Assembly: GCA_964003875.1 (NCBI GenBank)
Contig: CAXFLH010000003.1
Coordinates: 1-41,097 of the forward strand
Direction of reading: 5' to 3'
DNA from: an uncultured Flavobacteriales bacterium
GTDB taxonomy: Bacteria > Bacteroidota > Bacteroidia > Flavobacteriales > UBA7312
Length of the DNA: 41,097 bases
The translations under genes were made by a program, and so were the position numbers. Numbering within the stretch: the stretch's first letter is position 1; every line of letters starts with the position of its first letter. Shown here piece by piece: positions 26,267 through 34,602 of the stretch. The notes under the pieces are model-generated. The model ran no database searches. It was given only the letters and a program-made list of their open reading frames with translations, and was not told the origin of the DNA.

Positions 26267-28342
26267 ATGTTTTCATTCATTTGGCGGTTTAAATACCTGC
26301 TTTCCATTGTCAGCTTAACATTATTTGTCTTTTGTTTTAAGCAACTGCTCAATGCTAATATTTATTTTGATTCTGAAAGGATTATCAATGAATTGGAAGC
26401 TGCCAATGTGGATATCAATGTCTTAGACGATAACAATTTAGTCTTTTTTGGAATGACCTTTGAGGATAGTTTAAGCTATCAAGATATGTTAGATGTTGCG
26501 GCTTTTCACAAATCCTTGAAAAAGTCAGACTATGTGAAGCGTGTTTTTAGTCTTGTAAATGACCGTCAAATTATAAATACGGGCTTGTTTCCAATTTCCA
26601 AAAAAGTATTGAACGTAAATGATAAAGAATCTTACATAAAGTCTATTAAAAAAATAGGTGCTCATGGAAATAACTTCATATCGTCTGATGGAAAGAAGTT
26701 ACTTTTTTTAGTGGAAAATATGTCTAGTCTTAGTAAAGATGATAGTCGAAACTTTGTCAAATCTTTGTATGAAACGGATTTGAACGAAAACATGACTGAA
26801 GTGTTTGTTAGTGGCCGTTTGCCTAGTGAATTATATTTTGAGAATAAAGTCATTCAAGAATTCATAATACTTACTTTAGTTAGTGGATTTTTATGCTTTT
26901 TATTTTTATTGTTCATTACAAAAAATCTGAAGTTAGTTGTACTAACTGTCTTTAGTGTCATTGCTAGTATAGTTGTGAGTCTAGGACTTTCTCAAGTTTT
27001 ATTTGGAGGTATAGAATTGGTAATGATAATTACACCAGCAATCTTATTCATTGTTTGTCTTTCTGATATAATGCATTTAACCAATAAACAATCCAATGTT
27101 ACCTCATCTAAGGGTGCGTTCTTTCATATGAGAATGGATACAGTTGGCAAGGCTGTTGCTTTAACTTCTATAACTACAGCTATGAGCTTTTTGACATTTT
27201 TGGTTAATGATGTAGTACCTATACTTCGTTTTGGCTTAATCACTTCCGTAGGCGTTGTTTTCACACTTTTTATTGCCATCTTAGTTTATGCCATAAGTGT
27301 AGATAAGAACTTTAACGAATCAAGCCCTGTGAAAGTAATTCAACAATTTACAGATGCTGTAATAAGCTTTTTGAAAAATGGGCAAAGGTCTAAGTCTTTT
27401 CATTTTTTTATGGCGATTTTAATTGCCGTTGGTTTGTATGGGGTGACTAATGTTCAAATAGATAATTACCTGACTGATGAAATCAACAAAAAGTCAAAGA
27501 TTTATCAGCAGACAGCTTTTTTTGACAGTCATTTTGGAGGGATTAAACCCATCACTATTTTTTTAGATAAAGAAAACCTTAGTGATTTAGAGGTATTGTC
27601 ACAAGTCGAAAAATCCATTGAAGGATTGGGCTTTATGGTTGATTTTTCTAATACTAATACGACTTCTATGATGTTAGAGCAACTAGGTTTCGCTGATCAA
27701 GATTTAGTCGACAAATATTTTTACATATGTCGCTCTGGCGATGAGGGTTCGCTAGCAACCTTAGAAAAATTAAAATCTTTAGAAAATGAATATACGGCAA
27801 GTGGTTTAGAGTTTAATTATTCTGGTGCTGGATATTTATTTGATATTCTAGGTAATGACCTAACTAGACAGCTTATTTTCGGCTTGCTAATTGCTATATT
27901 TTCTATTGGCTTAGTGTTCTTTTTGCTAAATAAGTTTGACTTCAATTATTTCATTATTGCGATTGTCCCTAATTTGACTCCTATCGTTGTTTGTGTAGGC
28001 TTATTGTATTTGAATGGCTTTTACTTTAGCCTGTCAAATGCCTTCATTTTTACTATAGTTTTTGGATTAATAATTGATGATTCTATTCATCTAATTAGTG
28101 CCTATGCTAATGCTAGAAAAAGAAAAATATCAAAGTCAGAATCTTTGGATGTAGTCGTTAGTAAAACTGGTGACGCTATTCTTAAAACTACTTTGATTGT
28201 TATTATCTGTCTTTTTCCACTTTCTTTTTCGGAGTTTAAGTCTGTTTCTCAGTTATCGGTCATTACGATATTGAGTGCTTTTATTGCTGTCTTTTTCGAT
28301 TTGGTTTATTTACCCTTAATTATCAAAAAACTAACTAAGTAG
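26267..28342 (+). CDS. MMPL/RND family membrane transporter
   Basis: Two membrane repeats with SDIMH / DDSIH, TSITTAMSF, PILRFGL and FGG motifs. Confidence 0.85.
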   Translation: MFSFIWRFKYLLSIVSLTLFVFCFKQLLNANIYFDSERIINELEAANVDINVLDDNNLVFFGMTFEDSLSYQDMLDVAAFHKSLKKSDYVKRVFSLVNDRQIINTGLFPISKKVLNVNDKESYIKSIKKIGAHGNNFISSDGKKLLFLVENMSSLSKDDSRNFVKSLYETDLNENMTEVFVSGRLPSELYFENKVIQEFIILTLVSGFLCFLFLLFITKNLKLVVLTVFSVIASIVVSLGLSQVLFGGIELVMIITPAILFIVCLSDIMHLTNKQSNVTSSKGAFFHMRMDTVGKAVALTSITTAMSFLTFLVNDVVPILRFGLITSVGVVFTLFIAILVYAISVDKNFNESSPVKVIQQFTDAVISFLKNGQRSKSFHFFMAILIAVGLYGVTNVQIDNYLTDEINKKSKIYQQTAFFDSHFGGIKPITIFLDKENLSDLEVLSQVEKSIEGLGFMVDFSNTNTTSMMLEQLGFADQDLVDKYFYICRSGDEGSLATLEKLKSLENEYTASGLEFNYSGAGYLFDILGNDLTRQLIFGLLIAIFSIGLVFFLLNKFDFNYFIIAIVPNLTPIVVCVGLLYLNGFYFSLSNAFIFTIVFGLIIDDSIHLISAYANARKRKISKSESLDVVVSKTGDAILKTTLIVIICLFPLSFSEFKSVSQLSVITILSAFIAVFFDLVYLPLIIKKLTK

Positions 28343-28702
28343 TCATAAGCCATTAAGCTCGGCTTTGAAAAAAGACCATAAGTTTTCGGGAAGATTATCT
28401 TGATCAAAAAAATCGTAGTGGTCATTCTCGTGATTGAGTGAAATGTCACTGCCTTTAGTTTTCGACTTATAAAACCAATATTCATCATTATTAAATGTGC
28501 AGTGTTTTACGAATTGAGGGTTATGTAGCTCTATGCTAGTTTCTTCTTTGGTTTCTCTTATTACAGCTAGATTTGGTTTTTCGTTAGGCTTTATTTTGCC
28601 AACCACTGGTGTCCATATGCCTGGGTAAAAGGGATTAGTCAAAGTCCTTTTTAATAATAGTACTTTATTGTCTTTGAATATGAAGTGGACACAATATTTC
28701 AT
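28343..28702 (-). CDS. NUDIX hydrolase
   Basis: Nudix box GKIKPNEKPNLAVIRETKEETS; start at MKYCVH overlapping the upstream stop. Confidence 0.9.
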   Translation of the reverse strand: MKYCVHFIFKDNKVLLLKRTLTNPFYPGIWTPVVGKIKPNEKPNLAVIRETKEETSIELHNPQFVKHCTFNNDEYWFYKSKTKGSDISLNHENDHYDFFDQDNLPENLWSFFKAELNGL

Positions 28703-29493
28703 TTTTGAACTTTTGGGCAATACCAACTCTTTCTTTGGTCAGAGGTTGTACTACTTATAACCTCATTTCCATATTCATCTTTTTTCTTGCCATACACCTT
28801 AAGTTCAAATTTTGAGACGTGAAAAGGGTTTTTGAAATCTTTGAGTTCGGCACCGCCACTTATATAACTGCTTTGCATGATGTCTTTAGTAGCTAGTAGT
28901 AGTTCTTTGACTTTTTTGGAAGACAGTTTGCCCCATTGTTTTTCAGGGTGTAATTTGGTGGCATACAAGGCTTCAGATTTGATGTAGTTGCCAACACCTG
29001 GAAAGAAGCGTTGGTCCATGAGTGTTGAACAAACAGACTTGCTTTGATTGACTTTTTGTTTGAGGTGTTTCAGGTGCTCGTCAAAGTCATAATCTTCATT
29101 AAGAAGGTCATAAGTGTTGAAATGCTTTTGTTGAAGTTGTTCTTTATTGAGAATTCTCATTTTTCCAAACTTTCTGACATCTCTAAAGAACAATTCTCTG
29201 TCTTCAGCGCTAACTTTAAAATGACAATGTTTTATGTTATTCTCGCTCCAACCACCAGTCATACCGAGGTGGAAATTAAAATATTGTCCATTGGAAAGGG
29301 GTAAAAAAATGTTCTTTCCTATGGTGAATGTGGCTTGAAAATCTTTTGGGTGGTATTGCTTTATACAGTCAAATACGTCTGCATACTTTTTTTCATAATA
29401 TTCAGTAAGTAATTCAAATTTAATATTTTTTGCTCCGTCAAAAAACGAATTATAATAGGAAGATGCTATTTTAACCTCGGGTCCTTCAGGCAT
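28699..29493 (-). CDS. Fpg/Nei family DNA glycosylase (Nei-like, zincless finger)
   Basis: N-terminal PEGPEV, HLGMTG, DVRKFG and H2TH GVGNYIKSEALY; no four-Cys zinc finger. Confidence 0.92.
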   Translation of the reverse strand: MPEGPEVKIASSYYNSFFDGAKNIKFELLTEYYEKKYADVFDCIKQYHPKDFQATFTIGKNIFLPLSNGQYFNFHLGMTGGWSENNIKHCHFKVSAEDRELFFRDVRKFGKMRILNKEQLQQKHFNTYDLLNEDYDFDEHLKHLKQKVNQSKSVCSTLMDQRFFPGVGNYIKSEALYATKLHPEKQWGKLSSKKVKELLLATKDIMQSSYISGGAELKDFKNPFHVSKFELKVYGKKKDEYGNEVISSTTSDQRKSWYCPKVQK

Positions 29494-30047
29494 TATTTTA
29501 ATACAACAATAACTTCGTTTCTTCTATTCAAAACTTTGTAAGGCGAGTCGTAAACCAACAATTCAAATTCATCGGTATATGCGATATCGTATTTTTCAAG
29601 TGTATCTATTAATTCTTGTTTTTTACGCTTGACCTTAGTGCTATTGGAGTATCCTGAAAAGCGAATAGCAGCTACTTTTCTTGAATCCATTTTTATTATA
29701 TCTATCTCATTGGAGTTAGGGGTGGGCAAACTCTCCATTTCATAGCGTTCTGGCATAAGGAACATCATTTCTTTATTTTTTGAGGATAAACGCATATTAA
29801 CAGGTGAAGTCATACCAATTTGTTCGTTTTTATCATTTCCACCAAATATATAATTGGCAAGTACTCTAAATTGAGAGTTATTGCCTGATTGCGAAAAGTG
29901 ACTGGCATATATAAGTGCTGGATACTGCCTAATTTCGACAGAATCTATGGTTCTAATGATATTGTAGTTTTCAGTTTTACTCACGCTAAAAGAAAATAGG
30001 GCATATACACTAAGTATAGCTATGGTTAAAAATAATAATTTTTTCAT
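29493..30047 (-). CDS. SOUL heme-binding protein (exported)
   Basis: EIRQYP, FRVLANYIFGGN, IGMTSPV, AAIRFSG and RRNEV. Confidence 0.92.
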   Translation of the reverse strand: MKKLLFLTIAILSVYALFSFSVSKTENYNIIRTIDSVEIRQYPALIYASHFSQSGNNSQFRVLANYIFGGNDKNEQIGMTSPVNMRLSSKNKEMMFLMPERYEMESLPTPNSNEIDIIKMDSRKVAAIRFSGYSNSTKVKRKKQELIDTLEKYDIAYTDEFELLVYDSPYKVLNRRNEVIVVLK

Positions 30048-30574
30048 TATTTCAGTTTTTCAATAATTTGTTCATCTAGTGGGTTTACGCCACTTTTGAA
30101 ATAAGCAATTAACTCTCCGTCACCGTTTATCAAAAATTTATTGAAGTTCCATGACACCTCAAAATTATCTAATTCGTTTTGCTCTTTGTTAGTCAGCCAA
30201 GCATAAAGTGGGTGCTGATTTTTTCCTTTGACATTTACTTTTTCTGTCATAGGAAATGTCACATCAAACTTACTTTCACAAAATGTTTTTATCTCTTTTT
30301 CGCTTGCTGGCTCTTGTGACCCAAACTGATTGCAAGGAACAGCTAGTACTACCAGTTGATTAGCGTATTTCTGACTTAGCTTTTGCAAATCGGCATACTG
30401 TGAAGTATAGCCACAATAGGAGGCAACGTTTACTATTAGAATGTATTTACCTTTGAAATCTGACATTTTGATTTCTTTATTTTCTATAGATGGTATAGAT
30501 AATTCGTAGAAAGATTGAGAATAAGTTGAGTTCATAATAAAAAATGAAAATATAATTAGAATAAAGGGTCTCAT
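30047..30574 (-). CDS. Glutathione peroxidase family (Cys type)
   Basis: NVASYCGYT, PCNQFGSQEP and WNFNKFL. Confidence 0.95.
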   Translation of the reverse strand: MRPFILIIFSFFIMNSTYSQSFYELSIPSIENKEIKMSDFKGKYILIVNVASYCGYTSQYADLQKLSQKYANQLVVLAVPCNQFGSQEPASEKEIKTFCESKFDVTFPMTEKVNVKGKNQHPLYAWLTNKEQNELDNFEVSWNFNKFLINGDGELIAYFKSGVNPLDEQIIEKLK

Positions 30575-30588
30575 GCTGTTGCTGTGTT

Positions 30589-30621
30589 AAAAAAAGTGAG
30601 AGAGTTTTCACTCTCTCACTT
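30589..30621 (-). terminator. Rho-independent terminator of the fasciclin gene
   Basis: 12-bp stem (AAGTGAGAGAGT 30594-30605 / ACTCTCTCACTT 30610-30621), GAAA loop on the minus strand, followed by a T-tract. Confidence 0.85.
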
Positions 30622-30649
30622 AAAAATCAAATTAACCTTGATTTACAAT

Positions 30650-31984
30650 CTACTTGCGTAGATTGTATCTTTTTATACTTGTTCCATTAGAATAGATGTC
30701 AACTAAAATCTTCTCTTGAGAATCTCTATCGACCAATTCACCTAATAGATTTATGGTGTATAAATATTCTATATCTTTTTCATTTAAAAACGCATTTATT
30801 GTTGTAGGCTCATCATCTGCTATTAGTACAGCATTAATGACATGTACTACTCCATTGTTAGCTACAATATCAGGTTGAATGACTGTTGACATATCAATCA
30901 TTACGCTACCAGCATCTATACTGACAACTAATACATCATCGTTCAATGTTGGTACTTCCATACCATCAGATAAGTCTGTTGATATCACATCACCGGAGTG
31001 AACATGGTGTAAGAGTATTTCTGTCAAAAGAGGAATATCAGCAAGTAAGTCGTCTAATGCTCCTGCAGGTAATGCATCAAAAGCATCGTCTGTTGGTGCA
31101 AATACTGTAAATGGACCGTCGCCCGAAAGTGTTTCGCCTAATTCTGCGGCATCAATTGCTCCTTCTAAAGTAGTGTGAATTGGAGATGCCTTGATAATAC
31201 TGTAAACGGTTGTGTCCTCTTGCCCAAAATCGGGTAATAATACTTTGTCAATAACATGTACTACTCCATTACTTGCGATTAAATCAGCTTGTGTAACTGT
31301 AGCAAGATCAATCATTACAGTCATGCCGTCAATCGATACAGTAAGTTCAGTCTCATTAAGTGTTGGTACCATCATAACATCAGATAAGTCTGTTGATATC
31401 ATATTGCCAGAGTGAACGTGATTCAATAATAAATTTGTTAATTGCTCGGTATTTGCTAATATTAAGTCTAAAGCACCAGCAGGTAAGCCATCGAATGCAT
31501 CGTCAGATGGGGCGAATACTGTAAAAGGACCATTACCGGACAGTGTTTCAACTAAATCAGCTTGTGTAACAGCAGTTTCTAAGATATTGTGATCTTCTGA
31601 ATTTACTATAATGTCTACTACCGTACCGTTATTTACTACATTTATAACCCCAACCATTCCTTGAAGTGCATGATTACCAACAGAGCAATCATAGTTATAA
31701 GTGCCTTCTAAATTAAATGTGTGCGTATAGATAGTAGCACCAACTGTGTTAGTAGAAGGTGAGTTAAAACTTTCAGGATTATTAAAACTTTCTCCTGAAA
31801 TAGAACTAATGTTTCCATTAACATCGTGTGTGCCTCCATCATTAATCCAAACAACTGTATCGCCAACATGTATTGTAAGTTCATTTGGAGTGTAATAGTA
31901 CATTCCAGAATTGACTTGATGTACAGTAGCAAATGCTGTTAATGAAATTAGGGATAAAAATATGGTGCGTAGTAAATGTTTCAT
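30650..31984 (-). CDS. Secreted cupredoxin + 2x fasciclin (FAS1) protein with T9SS-like C-terminal domain
   Basis: Signal peptide; type-1 Cu ligands H(DVNG)...C-SVGN-H-ALQG-M; two GPFTVFAP(S/T)DDAF...NGVVHVI domains; C-terminal TINLLGE...DIYSNGTSIK. Confidence 0.88.
   Translation of the reverse strand: MKHLLRTIFLSLISLTAFATVHQVNSGMYYYTPNELTIHVGDTVVWINDGGTHDVNGNISSISGESFNNPESFNSPSTNTVGATIYTHTFNLEGTYNYDCSVGNHALQGMVGVINVVNNGTVVDIIVNSEDHNILETAVTQADLVETLSGNGPFTVFAPSDDAFDGLPAGALDLILANTEQLTNLLLNHVHSGNMISTDLSDVMMVPTLNETELTVSIDGMTVMIDLATVTQADLIASNGVVHVIDKVLLPDFGQEDTTVYSIIKASPIHTTLEGAIDAAELGETLSGDGPFTVFAPTDDAFDALPAGALDDLLADIPLLTEILLHHVHSGDVISTDLSDGMEVPTLNDDVLVVSIDAGSVMIDMSTVIQPDIVANNGVVHVINAVLIADDEPTTINAFLNEKDIEYLYTINLLGELVDRDSQEKILVDIYSNGTSIKRYNLRK
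30830..31620. repeat. Internal tandem duplication encoding the two FAS1 domains (period 414 nt)
   Basis: CATCAGATAAGTCTGTTGATATCA at 30964 and 31378; CATGTACTACTCCATT at 30841 and 31255. Confidence 0.85.
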
Positions 31985-32033
31985 AATTTATTTTGTTTAG
32001 TTAAGATGGTACAAATATATAACTTTTTTAAAT

Positions 32034-32065
32034 TTGTATAAATTTTTTGCAATAATGTTATACAA
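32034..32065. promoter_or_regulatory. Operator copy 2, TTGTATAA-N16-TTATACAA
   Basis: Arms at 32034-32041 and 32058-32065, flanked by divergent TATATTTG -7 elements (32012-32019 minus, 32072-32079 plus). Confidence 0.8.
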
Positions 32066-32128
32066 AATACATATATTTGCATAACATTTTAAGACTATAG
32101 TGTCTATAAAACTTTAATAATTGGTACT

Positions 32129-32293
32129 ATGCCAAGAAAGAAGAAGCAAAGAATTTCAATAGAAGAAATAAAAAAAAGAACTCCAAAAATTATCTTTTAC
32201 ACAGATAAAATGAAAATCAACTTAAAATCGATGAGTAGTTTGGATTTTTGGTTTAATAAATACCCAAATGGTAAATATATAGTCAATGACTAA
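32129..32293 (+). CDS. Small basic protein (54 aa), unannotated
   Basis: MPRKKKQRISIEEIKKRTPKIIFYTDKMKINLKSMSSLDFWFNKYPNGKYIVND*; lies after the promoter and overlaps the regulator start by 8 nt. Confidence 0.6.
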   Translation: MPRKKKQRISIEEIKKRTPKIIFYTDKMKINLKSMSSLDFWFNKYPNGKYIVND

Positions 32294-33167
32294 GTATAGT
32301 ATAGACCAGTTTTCACAAATTACGGGTATTACAAAATTTGTGTTGAGGACTTGGGAAAACCGATACGGTTTTCTAAAGGCTAAGCGTACTGACACAAAGA
32401 TTCGTTTCTACACCGACGATTTACTTGTTCGTGCTTTAAATTGTAATTACCTATTAGAAAACGGGTACAAAATTTCAGCTATTTCTAAATTATCACATGA
32501 TGAAATATCAACTAAGGTAGACGAAATTAAAAATAGTGCTGAAGATAATTCGATAGAGTCCTATTACATTGCCAAGTTGATAAAGTCAGCTCTTGATTTT
32601 GATTCTAATTTATTCAATTCAACTTATGAAAAAGGTGTAAAGGAGTTGGGTATTATTGAATTTTATAAATCGGTATTATTAGTGACCTTCTCTAAGATTG
32701 GTATTTTTTGGCTCACTAATAGAATTGCCCCTTCGCAAGAACATTTTTTATCGGAATTAATAAAACAAAAAATTGGTGCAGCAGCCGATTCAGCTTCCAA
32801 CAATAAAATTAAAAAAGACTCGTGGCTCTTATTTTTACCAGAAAATGAATTTCACGAAATAGGATTAATTTTTGCTAAGTTTTTATTAATCCAAAACGGA
32901 TATGAAGTGGTTTATTTAGGTTCTAATGTGCCATATGGTTCTTTATTGCAATTAGCAGAGAAAAAACACATAGATAATGTGTTATTCTTTTCTGTTTCTA
33001 ATACGTCGAAAAGCAATTTAGATTTTACCATTAATTATTTGAACAAATCATTCCCAAAGTCTAAACATTTTCTAGTTGCTAATAGCTTAGATATTAATTT
33101 TCTCACAAAAGAACACGATATCACAATACTAGATAATCTAGATGATTTTGTAAAAATTATTTCTTAG
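32286..33167 (+). CDS. MerR family cobalamin-binding regulator (CarH/LitR-like photoreceptor)
   Basis: MerR HTH (LRTWENRYG, RFY), W-x9-EH (WLTNRIAPSQEH), E-x-H-x-x-G (EFHEIG) and YLGSNVP. Confidence 0.9.
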   Translation: MTKYSIDQFSQITGITKFVLRTWENRYGFLKAKRTDTKIRFYTDDLLVRALNCNYLLENGYKISAISKLSHDEISTKVDEIKNSAEDNSIESYYIAKLIKSALDFDSNLFNSTYEKGVKELGIIEFYKSVLLVTFSKIGIFWLTNRIAPSQEHFLSELIKQKIGAAADSASNNKIKKDSWLLFLPENEFHEIGLIFAKFLLIQNGYEVVYLGSNVPYGSLLQLAEKKHIDNVLFFSVSNTSKSNLDFTINYLNKSFPKSKHFLVANSLDINFLTKEHDITILDNLDDFVKIIS

Positions 33168-33567
33168 AAATATTTCTACTTTCAATTAACTTCCGAATAA
33201 ATTTTTTGTGGCCTTTACTATCTACAACCCTTAATTTTATTGTATAGTCATTTATTTGGACTTCTAAAACTCCATCGTTATTCAAAAAACTGATTTGATT
33301 GTAGCGTGACATTAAAACATACTCCTCATTTTTATGTCTAAAATATACTGCTACACCTTTGGATCTGAGCTCAAATGTACAATACACTAAATCTGTATAT
33401 TCTTCAAAATCTATCTCAAAATTCTTTGGGCTTATTTTTAGTAATAGATATTTAGGAGAACCATAAAAACCATTTTTGATTTTTTGAGCTAAGGTGTAAG
33501 GATTGCCGCAAATTGCGAATAAATTTTCTCTGATTTTTTTCTGATTTTGACTTGTTTTAAATAGCAT
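33157..33567 (-). CDS. Conserved flavobacterial hypothetical protein
   Basis: GNPY...GFYGSP...FELRSKG; start at MLFKTS, since the track's upstream extension lies inside the operator. Confidence 0.7.
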   Translation of the reverse strand: MLFKTSQNQKKIRENLFAICGNPYTLAQKIKNGFYGSPKYLLLKISPKNFEIDFEEYTDLVYCTFELRSKGVAVYFRHKNEEYVLMSRYNQISFLNNDGVLEVQINDYTIKLRVVDSKGHKKFIRKLIESRNISKK

Positions 33568-33577
33568 AGTTGTATAT

Positions 33578-33609
33578 TTGTATAACAAAATTAACAAAAA
33601 GTTATACAA
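33578..33609. promoter_or_regulatory. Operator copy 3, TTGTATAA-N16-TTATACAA
   Basis: Arms at 33578-33585 and 33602-33609; minus-strand TAATTTTG (33586-33593) lies in the spacer. Confidence 0.8.
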
Positions 33610-33651
33610 TACTATCATTTATTTGAAAAATTGAGTTTTTTACACTAGACT

Positions 33652-34113
33652 ATGGCGCATTACCAACTTCGAAAAGAACAGTTTCTAAAAACAGATATTC
33701 ACACTATTTGGGATTTTGCATCCTCTCCAGCCAATCTGAAGGAGATTACTCCTGATTATATGCTATTTGATATAACATCAAAAGACCTACCAGAGAAGAT
33801 GTATCCTGGAATGATTATTTCCTATAAAGTTTCCCCTTTGTTAAATATCAGGATGAATTGGGTAACAGAAATAACACAGGTAAAAGACAAACATTTTTTT
33901 ATAGATGAGCAACGTTTAGGTCCTTACAAAATGTGGCACCATCAGCACTTTTTCGAAGAAAAAGATGGTGGTGTATTAATGACTGATATTGTCACTTATA
34001 TTCCTCCCTTTGGTATACTTGGTGATATCGCTAATATTGTGCTTATCAAAAAACAATTGAAAGGCATTTTTGACTATAGATTTAAAGTAATGGATGAAAA
34101 ATTTAATCAATAA
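33652..34113 (+). CDS. SRPBCC family protein
   Basis: WDFASSPANLKEITP, WVTEIT and FIDEQRLGPYKMWHHQHFF. Confidence 0.92.
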   Translation: MAHYQLRKEQFLKTDIHTIWDFASSPANLKEITPDYMLFDITSKDLPEKMYPGMIISYKVSPLLNIRMNWVTEITQVKDKHFFIDEQRLGPYKMWHHQHFFEEKDGGVLMTDIVTYIPPFGILGDIANIVLIKKQLKGIFDYRFKVMDEKFNQ

Positions 34114-34115
34114 AT

Positions 34116-34595
34116 ATGAAACGACCTTGGAATATAATTAGCCCTCCCGTTTATAGTTTAGTGACTTATGACGAACAAGGAAAAGTCAATATGAATATAT
34201 GTACTTATGTTTCGGCAGTAAGTATGAAGCCAAAAATGTATTCTATAGCCATAGATTACACCACCAAAACCTATAAAAATTTAGAAAAATCATCTAAGGT
34301 GGTTCTTCAATTGTTAAGTGCTTCTAACCTTAAGGTAATAAGAAAGTTAGGTAAAATTAGTGGTAAGCTATTTGATAAAGACCGTTACCTCAATTCATAC
34401 AATTTACTTCAATCTTGGAAAGATTATAATGTTCTAAAAGATACTTGTGCATTAATTGAGTTAGAAAAAAAATCGGTAGTCAATAATCACGGAGATCATG
34501 CTATTTTTTTATTTGACGTTACTAGTTTTAAAACCATTTCTGAAAAAAATGTCCTTTCATTTCAGGATTTAGTAGATAACAGAATAATACTATAA
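34116..34595 (+). CDS. Flavin reductase-like (split barrel) protein
   Basis: VSAVSMKP, LGKISG..FDK and GDHAIFL. Confidence 0.8.
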   Translation: MKRPWNIISPPVYSLVTYDEQGKVNMNICTYVSAVSMKPKMYSIAIDYTTKTYKNLEKSSKVVLQLLSASNLKVIRKLGKISGKLFDKDRYLNSYNLLQSWKDYNVLKDTCALIELEKKSVVNNHGDHAIFLFDVTSFKTISEKNVLSFQDLVDNRIIL

Positions 34596-34602
34596 TATAT
34601 AT

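Noticed and set aside
30047-30574. Possible selenoprotein glutathione peroxidase
   Set aside because: The active site is an ordinary Cys codon in an uninterrupted ORF.
31280-31570. 18-nt exact repeat TAAATCAGCTTGTGTAAC (31280 and 31553) encoding VTQADL twice in one FAS1 domain
   Set aside because: Only two in-frame coding copies with no array or flanking structure; no function supportable.
25542-33609. TTGTATAA/TTATACAA arms as transposon ends, att sites or CRISPR repeats
   Set aside because: The arms are short, 16 nt apart and located in promoters. No recombinase, transposase, cas gene or spacer array is present.
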